The notes beneath the pieces were generated by a model. The model made no database searches and was not told the DNA's origin. It saw nothing but the letters and a program-made list of their open reading frames with translations. Below, piece by piece: positions 1-12,224 of a stretch of DNA of 53,848 nucleotides (the first letter of the stretch is position 1; every line of letters begins with the position of its first letter). Origin of the DNA: Phoronis australis (taxonomy: Eukaryota; Animalia; Phoronida); contig NMRA01001110.1 in NCBI GenBank assembly GCA_002633005.1, positions 1 through 53,848 on the forward strand. Direction: 5' to 3'. The position numbers and the translations under genes were made by a program.

Positions 1-3000
1 GTCGTTACAGTGATTTCATTTACTCAGGTTTAAGTCAAGGAATTTAGCACGGCTTAGTATCAACTGGATTATTTTTAGCTTTGCCTCAATGAATTGTAGA
101 GGTCTAGGAAACCTCACAAAGCATAGAAATGTGTTGCACTTTCTAAGAGAAAAAATGTATTTACTGCCTCCAGGACTCTCACTTCACCAAAGAAGAAAAG
201 AACTTAGTTCGTTCAACCTGGAGATATGATATATTGATGAGCCCAGGAACATGAGTCTGGCGTGGTGTGTGCATTCTTTTTAATAATAACTTAGAAATTT
301 GAAGTCAATTTCAAAAAATTGATTCGGATGGTAATCTGGTTGCCACGGAAGTCTTAATTGAAAACGATTATCTAGTATCTCTGATAAATTTGTACGGTCC
401 ACACAGAGACAAACCAGATTTTTACAAAAATGTTGAGAAAATTATTTCAGATTTGAACTCTGAATTCGTAATTGTATGTGGTGATTGGAATCTTGTTCAA
501 AGTTATGACAACGACTGTGAATGCTTCTAAGGAAGTCCTCTACCTAAAGAGTAAACTTAACCTTGTCGACCCATGAACAGTGTACAAACCAGGCAAGAAG
601 TTTTTTTACCTGGACACGAAGGAATCCAGTACAAAGGGCCCGATTGGACTTCTTTTTAATTTCTGAAGAACTGCTTTCACTCACAGATAACGTCAAAATT
701 CTGCCTGGCTATAGATCAGATCATTCTCTTATCTCCCTCTCGTTGAAAAACCCAAAAGTTGTGAGGGTTTGACGTATTTGGCACTTTAACAATTCTTTTC
801 TCAGATACAGAGAATACATCGTTGCACTGAAGGAGGTAATTGAGAACACAGTAATGGACTATACACCTTCAGGCAATGCAGATTCCTCCGACATAGATGA
901 GTGTCTTATCCTACAAGTTATTCTCATGAATATCAGGTCAAGTACTATTTCCTACAGTTGTCACAAAAAGAAGAATCATAAGAAGCGGAAAAAAGAGATT
1001 GAAAGCCCTCGTCAGTTTCATCACTTCTCAAAACCAAAATAGCCAATCAGTTAAATTGGAAAGAAGACTGTCTGATCTGCAGGATGAACTTGAGTCAATG
1101 AGAGCGAAAGAAATGAAAAATGTGATGGTAAGGTCAAAGGCTAAGTGGGTGGAGGCTGGTGAGAAACCTACTAAGTATTTTTGTAATCTGGAAAACTGTA
1201 CTTTTATCAATAAGAATGTTACTAAATTGGTAACCTTGAGTGGTGAAACAATTGATGATCATAAAGAACTTTTGAAAGAAATAAGTCAAGATTATGAAGA
1301 ACTGCATTCGTGTAAAGACGGATTACTAGACGAAGTTAATTTGAATGACGTCTTACTGAGCACGAAAATTCCTAAATTAAGTGAAGCTGAAAGCAACTCA
1401 CTCGAATCAGGAATCTCAGAACAGGAGGTGCTTAATTCATTGAAGCACATGAAAAATAATGAAAGTCCTGGTCCGGACGGTTTCACTACGGAATTTTATA
1501 TTTTTTTCTGGAACGACCTAGCGAAGTATCTTACTAAAGCGTACAATCGCAGTTTCAGAAGAGGCTTCCTTCCAAACTCCCAACTCCAGGGAGTTATTTC
1601 CATTATACCCAAAGGGGATAAACCGAGAGATAATATAAAAATTGGAGGCCTATCTCTCTCTTAAATATCAGTTACAAACTTTTATCGTCCTGTATTTCCC
1701 AAAGAGTTCGTTCTGTAATATAAAAATTCTTGCACAGTGACCAAAAGGGTTTTCTCTCTGGGCGTTTAATAGCAGAAAATACAAGGCGGACTTACGACTT
1801 GATGCAGTATACTTAGCAGTTTCATAAACCGGGTTTACTTCTACTGGTGGACTTTGAAAAGAGTTTGACTCCATATCTTTGTCTTTTATTGACAATGTCT
1901 TAAATTTCACTCAATGAAACAGAGGTGCAAACCAATGTGTTATACAAAACGGTGTCACATCTAACTTTTTCGACACAGGGCGTGGTTGCAGGCAAGGTGA
2001 TCCGTTATCGCCATACCTTTATATTCTATGTGCAATAATTATGGGCTGGCTCTTCAGACTAGACAATAGCGCTAAGGGCATCTCGGTCGGATCGGTGGAA
2101 AACAAACTGATGCAGTATGCAGATGATACAGTTACATCTTTAGATGGCTCGGAGCAGTCTATGCGGAAAACACTTCATAGTTTAAACCATTTGCAAAATA
2201 TTCTGGTCTAAAGCCTATTCTGAAAAAAGCATTTTTTCTTTGGATAGGTTCTATGAAGGGTAGCTCTCAAAAAATGTGCTGTGACGTAAAACTGAGATTG
2301 GGCAACATCGGAATTCACTATACTGGGTATTCAATTCTCCAATGCTTTATAGAAAATTCCCGACATTAATTTTGACAGCAAGCCTGGTGAAATAGAGAAG
2401 GCTATTGGCATCTGGGGAAAAAGAAACTTGACACTTTTTGGAAAAATAACAGTTGCGAATTCAATAATTATGCCAAAACTTATTCATCTTTTTACAAGCC
2501 TCCCGTCCGCTTCACAGGCCTTGCTGAAGCAGCTTAACAAAATGTTCTACTGTTTTATATGGAAGGGTAAAACGGAAAAAATCTTTCATAAAATTATGGC
2601 TCAAGAGTACAATGTTGGTTTAGCTAGAATGATTGACGTCAGCTCCTTTATGAAAGCCATTAAACTAACTTGGTTTCGTAGACTAATTTGTCAAAGTACT
2701 ACAAGTCCATGGGCAGTTTTAGCAACTGGTCTCCTATCAAGAGTTTCAGAGAATTGCTTAATGTTCGGGGATTTCTATTTTTCAAAGATGTCCCAAATGA
2801 CTTATAATGTAATTTGGAAAGATGTCTTTCAATATGTCCATGAATTTAGATTCTTAGTTTTATTCGGATATACTGATACATGTAGATAACAAACCTGTTT
2901 TCTATAAACGGTGGTTTCAAAAAGGCATAACTCACGTACACGGCTTACTTAATTCCTATGGTTGCTTCCTTAATTATGAGGAGTTTATACAGAAATTTGA

Positions 3001-4040
3001 CTTTACCCCTCAAGTAGCTTTATTTTACGGTCTACGAAACTCATTATATGCTAGCTTGAGTCATCTCAGAGGGAGAAAGCATCAAGTAATTTTACAGCGC
3101 TGTCCACGATACATTGAAGTTATTTTGGGAGATGTCAAAAAATTTACCACGTCATTGCCTCTCAGAATTGTGGAAAAACAAAGTGTCAAATGAAGTGGAG
3201 TAAAAATTAAATCTCCCTGATACTGCAGAATGGTGGTAGTGTGGGATATTGCCATTCACATATGTATACACCGTATGGTGGCGACACCTATTAGAGCAGA
3301 ATAAAGTTAGTTGTTAGCTCAATGAAGTCTTGCTTCTTTGTTCTCCGACTTCGGTTGTTAAATACGTCACAGGTACACTGTTTTTTTCTTACATCTATTC
3401 ATTTACAGAAGATGCTTCTCTGAGATGGTTTCAGTTTAGGCTGATTCACAGAATCATGGGCTTTAATGAATTTCTATACAAGATTGGCGTAACTTATAGC
3501 TCATTGTGCACTTTTTGCATAAGTGAAATAGAATCTATTGTCCATGTGTACTGGTCTTGTAACGTAACTCAGCAGTGTTGGAATAATGTAAATAACTGGC
3601 TCGAAGACGCTGTTGGAATTAGTTTAGAACTGTCTGTAAAATCAGTTGTTTGGTGTTCAGGTGGAGGCAGTTTTACAAAGTTTGATTCTTTCCCTCGGAA
3701 AATACCACATTTATAAACAAAGATTGAAGCGCAAACATCCGTGCCTCGCAATTTTTAAAAACGAAGGTGCTTTCTACATTTCTACTGATCGGCTTATATA
3801 TGTAAACAAAATGGAGTATTGGGAATTTTAGAGCGCTGGCAAGGCCTTGACCTTGTTTGCTTAGTTTAATGATTCCTAGCCTTTATTTTGTTGATCATTC
3901 CTCCATTGTCAAATTACATTTGTACATATTAGCACTGTAAGTTAACACCTTAACTGTTCGTTGACAAGAACAAAAACATCTGTAATTGTGTGATCTGTGC
4001 TGCAGCTATTATATTGAATAAAATTCTAAGAAAAAAAAGA
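1..4040 (+). mobile_element. Degenerate Tx1/L1-clade non-LTR retrotransposon (ORF2: APE endonuclease, RT, C-terminal zinc knuckle); 5' part runs off the window
   Basis: Frameshifted ORF2 motifs in order: SMNCRGL (~86), CGDWN (~478), RLDFFL/SDH, PGPDGFTTEFY, WRPISLLN, VDFEK, GCRQGDPLSPYL (~1984), QYADD (~2113), LRWFQFRLIHRI..CTFC..ESIVHVYWSC. AATAAA at 4017 followed by an A-rich tail at ~4029-4040. Confidence 0.92.
3240..3393 (+). mobile_element. Putative 154-bp solo LTR inserted in the LINE ORF2
   Basis: Interrupts the LINE reading between EWW and IYSF..LRWFQ. Begins TGTGGGA, ends TCTTACA (TG..CA, imperfect inverted ends), internal AATAAA at ~3300. No matching TSD seen. Confidence 0.45.
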
Positions 4041-4856
4041 TTAAACATTTATATATCTTACAGATTATTCACTTCAAATAAATTTCGACATGTAATGGTA
4101 TACAGTGACTTTAGGTAACTCTTATTACCCATAACTTTTCTGAGGAATGTATACGGGAGTTTGTTAGTATGTACTCTGTGATACTAAACAGGCGTTGTTA
4201 TATTTCAGGGATTCTAATGCTAATTCAAGCTTTATAATCAAGAAGATAGGCACCGGGTTCTGAAACGCTAACGCCAGGGAGGGAGGGTGGAGACTGAGTG
4301 AACCTGCCAGTCCAATAACAAGCCCGAGTTTTTAAGAAATTACTAGTTGATTAGTTTTTAGTTATAAAATGCGTCAGTTATTGCAAGTATTCTACCATAG
4401 AAGTTTCATATTTATCAAAGAGTTAAAGAACATGATTCTTTTCTTTCTTTAAGTCACAGAAGCACATGCAATAAGATTGAAATGACCAACAAAGCGACCG
4501 TTGTAGGAGTTGAAAACCTGAAATACTGAAAAAAACAATCTGTTGTTATACCCAAAAATATCCCTGCATTGGGCATGTAAGGGCAACACCACTGCACTTT
4601 CGCCTATGTAATTAGTATACTGTCTTAATATGAGCCCATCATGGGACCTGTGCAGGGCCAACACCGTCTGTCGATACTGGCTCTTTATAGGGCCTGAACC
4701 GGTTTTTGGTTTATTGTATCAGCAATGGCTTGCTTCTGGCCCTTTACTGGCCCGATATCGCAAACTTACACCGGTCCAATACCAAGAAGGTGTGCAAAGT
4801 GTTATTGGGCCAGTACTGGCCTACAGCATTGGCCCAATACCTGCATGTTTACTGGG
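4041..4856. mobile_element. Right arm of a non-autonomous DNA transposon (CCCAG-ended, CMC/EnSpm-like), same family as 46863-52052
   Basis: Alignable by eye with 51350-52052. Ends ...CATGTTTACTGGG followed by AT. Subterminal GGCCCA/TGGGCC-type repeats. Confidence 0.65.
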
Positions 4857-5019
4857 ATGTCGCCGACGCGCTCGTTGGATCTTGGAAATTTGGGAGGGCT
4901 AGTAGGTATAACAGTGCTTGAAACTACAGTACCACCCCACTGCCCATGTGCAAGTCACAGTCTCTNGCTAGTAGGTATAACAGTGCTTGAAACTACAGTA
5001 CCACCCCACTGCCCATGTG

Positions 5020-5470
5020 CAAGTCACAGTCTCTCGTGACGCAACACGTGTAGGCAGTATCTTATTAAACACGATACATGTGACAAATGTTAAGTGAACT
5101 TCCCGTGCGTTAATCCTTGAACTTGCTGAGATCTGGTATAGAATCTTTCATGATACGCTGTACAACTCCTTCTGTCCACTGTTGGAAGTCTTATGGTTTC
5201 AACCGTCTCGATAGTTTGCAAATTTCAAAACAAACTGTATTAATGTACATTTGAAACGATTGGATAATGAAAACCGTCTTATTCAACCATATCCATTAAC
5301 TGTTACGTTTTGCTCTTAAATATTTCTAGAATCATTAGAATCCATTAACCCCAGAACCAAATTGATAAACCTCATCTAAATATAGATATTGGCGTCAAAA
5401 CTACATGTAAACAAGTTTGACCCCTGGCTTAAAAGTACATGTGCACATATTTGGAGCAACTTAATCAATA
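5020..5470 (-). mobile_element. Diverged fragment of a Gypsy LTR related to 23720-24606
   Basis: Shared blocks in the same order: gtcacagtctct..tgacgcaacac, tagaatctt, cactgttg.aagtc, ttctagaatc, accccagaacc, catctaaa.atagat, gcaca.attt.g.gcaacttaa. Confidence 0.65.
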
Positions 5471-6119
5471 ATGATTATGATAATTATTGCCATTAATCAG
5501 ATGTTCTCAAAGCCATGGGACAAAAACGGCATTTCTACCTACGCCCATTTTGGTGGGCACCTGCAGCTAGGCATGTTGTGAGTGGTTCAAGTGTTTTCAC
5601 AAAAGAAGCATTCACGAAAACAGTTGATATTCTTGTTAAGGGATCTGAATCCATCGTCTTCCCAAACAGGCAATGCTCAATTGTCCAGCTGTTCACTGCT
5701 TCAGCCCCGTTTTGAAGTTGATCAAAATTCAAACTCCCAGCTATCGATATTCTTGGGAGTGAGCGAGAAATGCAGCAATAAAGAAACAAATGACAGTCGC
5801 TTTGACCGATCTTTATTTTGCCTCAATCATCCGTACAGTTGTTTAATTGTCGAAAATGTCATCGCTTATCACTGGTCTGAAACAGAAGTTTAAAACGATA
5901 ATTAGGCAATTACATTAGTGATATACTAGAAAAAAGAATGATAGAGACTTGTGCTAAGTACGCACTGACACAGATGTAGAGAGAAGAATTTTAAAAATTT
6001 AAATTAGAGTTAAACATGTAGTTTAAGTTAAAAAATTGATTTCCGGCAACAGTGTCAAGATTCTCCAATGCGAAACAATCACCAGTGCCAACTGATGGAA
6101 CGTACATGTACTTCAACAT

Positions 6120-6440
6120 AGTTTTCCCAGTGTTGAGAAACCGCCTGTGGCCAGTTGCGTGAAACAGTCCAAAAAAGGACTTTAAATCTTTTACGTATTT
6201 GTGTTGTTCGTTAATCATAGATGTAATATTTCTCGTGATTTTATTTCTATAATGTGGTCCTCTTTGACTAATAAAATAATCTAATAAATATAGTTTTACA
6301 TGGCGAAATCGTTATCCCCCGTATTCTAGAGCCCGAGTGGATTTTGGAGAACGCTCGCCCGCACTACATTCATGGAACTTCAGTCCCTTTTTGGGTCTGT
6401 TTCATGCAACCGGCCACTAGCTGCTTCAACTGGGGATATG
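6120..6440. repeat. Imperfect inverted repeat (fold-back/MITE-like)
   Basis: 6147-6181 gtggccagttgcgtgaaacagtccaaaaaaggact is the near reverse complement of 6382-6417 agtccctttttgggtctgtttcatgcaaccggccac. Confidence 0.6.
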
Positions 6441-7167
6441 GCTCAGTTGTGAAGGCCTTGGGATTTTCGTCCATGAACACCGTATGGCTGTAATGAAATT
6501 TTCCATAGTGTATTGAGTAAAGCGGCTAAAACGTCAGAAAAGCAATTTTGCAGAATATTCTAGAAGTTGTCAGTTATGTTTTTCATCTGAATCAGCCATG
6601 AAAATCTCGGCGTCAGATATGTCCCTGTGTTTGTTGGGTCAAGTTAATTAGTGATAACACTAAGGTTTAAAATGATGAGCAGATTTTTCTTTAACAAAAA
6701 CCAAAGTAACTACAAGTTAAATTATTCTCAATTCCCTGACCTATGGAATCTAATACGAAATTTAGAGTAGCCTCATACTTGAATTTAGTCAATCCCCCCT
6801 AAATTGATCGCGTGCTTGTGTCGTTCATAAGTCACGTGTAATCTGCTTCAATCATCTTATCTTTACTATAAGGTGTTTTTCATCGATGACACACTCTAGT
6901 AATTCAAGTAAACACTGAGCATTTCATTTATTGGAAATAAATAGTGACTTAAGTACCAAAAAAATTAAGAGTTTGCCCTAACAGCCCGCCACTTATGTTT
7001 AATAGTATCGAGAACTGAACGTAGAGTTCCCTCTTGATTTGACTTATAACTAAAATAGACAATCAGTGTTTTCAATTACCCGCAGTAAATTTAGGGAACT
7101 TTGTTGAGTCCCTACTTAATGTAGTTTCATGAAGGCAACCGTCCATTGGTCCGTGCGGGTTAATAAC

Positions 7168-8218
7168 AATAACGAGATTCTGTGAGAATTGACGGTGACG
7201 TCACCGAAACTAGGGCAAAAATTTTTCGATTGACCATTTGCTCGATACGTTAGCAGAGTCTGTTCTGTTCCGTTAAATTCGAGTTTTTAATCTTTTAGTG
7301 TGGAAAATGACAAACAAGCAATGCTGTTATGGAAAATGTAATTCAGATTCGCGCTAAAGTACTTCCCGCCGCGTTCTGTAGCAATTTTGTTTCGTGTATT
7401 ATAAGGTCAGGTAGGCGAAATCTCACTTATTCAGAGTTTTCACATTGTCAAAAATACATTCTCAAATTCAAACTATCACTTAGATAAAAGGTTTCAGTAA
7501 CCTCTTTTCTTTCTACACATCTCCTCCATGAAGCATAGTTTTGAGAATTACGGGGACTTTAGTGAAGAATTCCACGTCCACTTTTTTGGTAATTGGTAAC
7601 TTTTTCAAATGAGTCACGTGAATTATAAGACAAAAGCTGGCACAAGACTGAGCGAAGAGCCTGACCGGGCACGTGACGATTGCAAAATAGCATTTGGCGA
7701 TATCAAGTGAAATGTGTAAGATTTGTGTTCCTTGGGCTTATTGTTCGTCAACAGGGGTAACGTATTTTCCTCAAAATTTCGTCGGCTGAGAGAAACTCGA
7801 GCGAACTGCGAAGATTTCCATGTATATGTTCAAGTTATTTGCTGCATGTTTCATCTGATTCCATTTGCTGCATTTTGAAATATGTAACTGTTTATGGGAA
7901 TGTACTGTGTGCCCTGTGAGTCTCTGCGGCATTCAGGGCGATTTGATTACCTAGTTCGGGTCGAGTTCCAATTTCACTCCGTTCTCAGCTTCGCACAACA
8001 AGTTCACCTTTTCTTCGTCCATTCACAGTTAGTCCACGATTCATCAGCTTACTCTTAAGTTGTAGTATCGTTTTAAGCATAAAATTATTTACATAAACTC
8101 AATGAGATTTAGTGGGTACACCAAAGACTCGGGTGCAAAACAAAGGCAATATGGCGAGTTTTGCCCAACTTCCGGTGACGTCACGTTTACTATCTGGAAA
8201 CTCGCAAGTGAGCTATTG
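7168..8218 (+). mobile_element. Probable non-autonomous DNA transposon with a THAP-domain stub
   Basis: Imperfect inverted repeats gtgacgtcaccgaaactagggcaaaa (~7195-7220) and ttttgcccaacttccggtgacgtcac (~8159-8184). Stub MTNKQCCYGKCNSDSR* at 7307-7357 resembles a THAP C-x4-C start. Confidence 0.45.
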
Positions 8219-8922
8219 TTTTTCACCATCCTCTTGCAGACGTCGCCTTAATGTTCAATAAGCTGCCACTAGATTTTGCACCAAAAGACACGTGGTGTGG
8301 GAGAATTGATGCAGTGATACTGTATGCATATAGTTTTACATTTTGAAGTCGCATAGAACGCATTGAAGTGGGGCGTAATTTTTCCCAGCCCCAACGATTC
8401 AGTGACGCGGCGGTACTCTGATCTACCGGGCGTAATTCTGATCCTGGCCTGTGGGAGAACGAGTGATTGTTTTGTGGCTTTTGTAACAAAAGCTGTCACT
8501 CTTAATGGGGTTGGATGCTGATTTTCTTTAAACATTGAAGCGTAATTTTCAAAAAATTTACTCACAAACCGTAACCACTCATTCTATGTTCCTTTGTTTT
8601 GTATATTTTTACGTACATTGACATCTACACCATTTGAAGTTTGCATCACACCTTCCGCCATATTTAGCGCCTCTGTCTCTGCATGTGTTTTCACACTTCT
8701 TAGGGTAACAAGTGGATTCGTAATTTTTTTCCTGTATATCTGAAATAGAGGACATTATTCACTTGCAAATGTATGTATTTTCACACCGTGGCAGAGGTTT
8801 GGAGGGGGTTAAGACCATGGAATAACACGACCACAATGTAGAAAGTAGCTGAAACATATATTGTTGCATAACGGGTGTTGCAGGGCGTTTTCCAGGAAGG
8901 AGAAGAGATGATTTTCAATTAG

Positions 8923-9082
8923 CAGGGGTGGATCCAGAGTTTTGAGTTTAAGGTGCACACCAGTGTATTATCGAGGATTTTTCCCGCCACAAACTCGCAC
9001 CCCCACACTGTCAATGGAATCTGGGTGATTTTTATGGGGCGCAGGGCTTTATTGCCCCCCCCCCCACTTAAATATGCCCCTG
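8923..9082. mobile_element. Short MITE-like element
   Basis: Starts caggggtggat and ends atatgcccctg (inverted ends) with an internal C-tract. A similar layout appears at ~33270-33397. Confidence 0.4.
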
Positions 9083-10517
9083 ATCAGAGCATCTACGCAC
9101 CTTGTGAAGCATACAAATTGACTACCACAGTGTTGAAGCTTTCACTGGAAACTTCTAAAATTACCTCTGTTGTCGTTATACCACTGCAGATTAATAAAAA
9201 CAACTGTTGAATAGAGTCCTTGAAAAGATAACTATATTGATGAATATTTTACAACGCTCTGCATGTTCAAACTGAGTCTTAAAACATCAGATTTTTTTTT
9301 TCTAATTTCTTCTAATTCGGGCGTAGACAAGTACATGTAAGCAGTTCACTGCGTAAACTGGATACTCCGTTCAGGATTGTGCACGATATGTTACGAGTAC
9401 TCTATGGCAATGTCACTAAGCTTAGCTCTGACTGGTCCCGTTACGCGTTACGCTTTACGTAGGCATATCTTGATGTCACAGGAAGGAAAAGACACGAATA
9501 AACGTGTCCATATTACTCAGAATGATTACGAAGTCTGCGATGGATTTTTTGTTTTTGTTTTACATTCGTGGTCTACGTGGATGGAATCGATCAATTTCGT
9601 GGCTGAACGCTTAGATTTTAACAACACGAAAAAACATTGTAAACTTGGGAGTCAATGGATTGAATTTTCGTTACTACTTAGATCAAATCATTAGTGATTG
9701 TAGTCTAGTGAATACTTCCTGTTTCTATGGTCAAGATGTAGACCATAGTTTTTTGGCTCAAAAAAATAATTAATTTATCTTAATTGGAAGATGGTTTTAA
9801 AGCTGACCAATTTGACCAGGTGAAGTTGCAGTCTACATAGCCTACCAATGGTAATTAGACAATTTGCTTTCAAGTCGTACTTTCATGAATACATACTTAC
9901 GTTACACTATCCTAAATACATGAGCACGAAACGTAATCAGCGTTACGTAAATGAAATAATATCCCACGAGACATTATTCCGCATTTCGACCGAGACCGAA
10001 AGTTGCGGTCGATACGATGAATAATGTCAAGTATTTATCACATACGCATCAAATTAGTGAGTTTCTTTTTTTTCTTTCGGCATTTTATAAATACTTTAAC
10101 CCGAGTCTTTATGTGGCTAATCACAACCTTTAGAGTCTGTACGTGCGCGTTATGTTGCTAACTTACTATAGTAAAAGAAAGTTTTAAATGTAACGGTTAA
10201 TTAATTAAAGTTGATAGAAAATATGAAAACGACAGTTATCGTACAGTGGAATTGTATCATATTTTGGAAATAAGCAAATAAAAATATTTATTTATAACAT
10301 TATATAATCCTCATCGGGTAGCTGCACTCATTCATGAAACTAGGTCACTGACCGGAGCGCGTAGCCTACACGTCGTCTGTTTTCACGAAGATTTTAATAA
10401 GTGGTAACAGCTAGCTGGCTGGCTACGGATTCTGTAGCATGGATACATGTAGGTCCACGTGTTGCTGGGACGGTCGCCGTTGCTGCTAGTGTAATACTGT
10501 CGCCGATACTATCGGGT

Positions 10518-10709
10518 GGGGTGTATGGAGGATCCAGGGAGGGGTAGTACCTCTGGTGGGAGGGCTTGTCGTACTCCTTCGGGGTAGTTCGTCCACCTTT
10601 GGCCCCCACCTGTCCTCAGCTCTCACCTGTGGCTCCAAGTAGCTGTAGCATGCGCAGCGGCCAGACCCCGGGACACCGCTTCGACAGGCGGGCTAAACCA
10701 GGTTGAGGG
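10518..10709 (+). ncRNA. Predicted HDV-like self-cleaving ribozyme at the RTE 5' end
   Basis: P1 GGGGTGT(10518-24)/AGACCCC(10663-69, one mismatch). P2 CTCTCACCTGT(10620-30)/ACCAGGTTGAGGG(10697-709, bulged). P3 GGC(10631-33)/GCC(10660-62). L3 starts TCC, pairing GG 10670-71 (P1.1). P4 CCGCTT-cgac-AGGCGG(10676-91). J4/2 GCTAA with candidate catalytic C10693. Confidence 0.7.
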
Positions 10710-12224
10710 TAGCCGACAGGTCTCAAACCCTCGGTGAGTTAGGGACTGCCTACCCTAGCATGTGAAGATTGGCTCCGGCAAACAGAGCGGATGAGACCCC
10801 CAGTGGTCCAACAATCAAGACGGCGGTTTCAGCAAGCGCCGTGGAGCGCTCAGAGCACGACGAGGCACCAAAGAAGTCATGGTCATCCACTGCAGCAGGG
10901 GTAACCTCCAGCCGTAACAGTTTTCTGTGCCACTGGATCAAGGTTTCCTCTGCCGAGAGAGTGGTATTGCCCCAGTGCAACGGCTTTACCACCATCAGGC
11001 ACAGGTTTGTTGTGTGATTCATTTCAGCCACCTTTGACATCTCAAATAGAGTGAAGCAGGGGTGTGTGCTCGTGCCTGTTCTGTTCAACTTCTTCTTCAC
11101 GTGCATGTTGACCCAAGCTATGCAGGGACTAAAGTAGGGTGTGTACATCAAATATCGCCTCGACGGCTCCCTCTTCGATCTAAGGCGCCTTAGTGCAAAG
11201 ACAAAGTGCCTGGAAAAACTAATCCAGGACGACCTTTTTGCGGATGATTGTGCGCTCCTTTCCCACAAAGAGAATGACCTACAACTCAAGCTGGACAGTT
11301 TCTCGAATGCTTCCAAAGTATTCGGCTTGACCATAAGCCTCGGCAATACAGAAGTGCTTCTCCAACCTGCACCCAACACCAATCCTCCGGAGCCAGTCAT
11401 TACCATCGACAACAAGGAACTCTTCAATGCGGAGCACTTCAAATACCTGGGCAGCGACATCTCAAAAGATGGCAGCTTAGACAAAGAGATTGCTTCCAGG
11501 ATAAGCAAGGCTAGCCAAGCACTCGCTAGACTGAGAACACGGGTGCTCAACGAACACAACATCCGCCTGTCTACTAAAATAAAAGTGTATTCTTCAGTGG
11601 TCCTGACCTCTCTGCCCTACGGCTGCGAGTCATGGACCCTCTAAAGCAGACACATCAAGAAGCTTGAGAGCTTCCACAAACGTTCTCTCCGCTCCATCCT
11701 AGGAATCCGATGGCAGGACCGAATCACCAACCTTGAGGTCCTAGGACGTGCCCAGTCAACCAGCATTGAAGCGATGCTACTTAAGGCCCAGCTGCGATGG
11801 GTGGGGCACATCATCAGGATGGAGGACTCCAGAATGCCTCGCCAGCTTTTGTATGGCGAGCTGAAGCTTGGGAGAAGGAAGCAAGGACGCCCTCGCCTTC
11901 GCTACAAAGACACTGTCAAAGCCAATCTGAAGTGGTGCAACATCAAACCCAAGGAGCTGAAAGCTGTTGCAGGAGAGAGACCAAAGTGGCGAGCCACGAT
12001 TCGAAAAGCAACTGTCAGTTTTGAGGATGACCTCTCTAAGAGACTCGAAGCTGCTCGAGAGAAACGCCACTCAGCAGCATCTACCACTGTTACCGCGACG
12101 GAGTTCCAATGTCCCACCTGTTCTCGACTCTGCGCGTCAAGACTGGGACTGCAGAGCCATGTTCGTGTATATAGACGATGAGACACACAACCTACGTCTT
12201 CTTCGGACCCGAAGGACTATCAAC
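10518..12224 (+). mobile_element. RTE-clade non-LTR retrotransposon, internally deleted (5'UTR joined to 3' half of RT), with TSD
   Basis: RT motifs VKQGCVL, LFADD, FKYLGS, YGCESW, LRWVGH..RM..R.PRQLLYGEL, GRPRLRYKD and C-terminal CPTC..LGLQSH finger. TSD ACTATCGGGT(G) at 10508-10518 and 12225-12235. In-frame stops present. Confidence 0.9.

Noticed and set aside
4898-5034. Perfect 68-bp direct repeat
   Set aside because: Copies are separated by a single N (4966), typical of an unmerged contig overlap, so probably an assembly artefact.
10750-11562. 270-aa minus-strand ORF
   Set aside because: Antisense shadow of the RTE RT and 5'UTR, with no independent motif.
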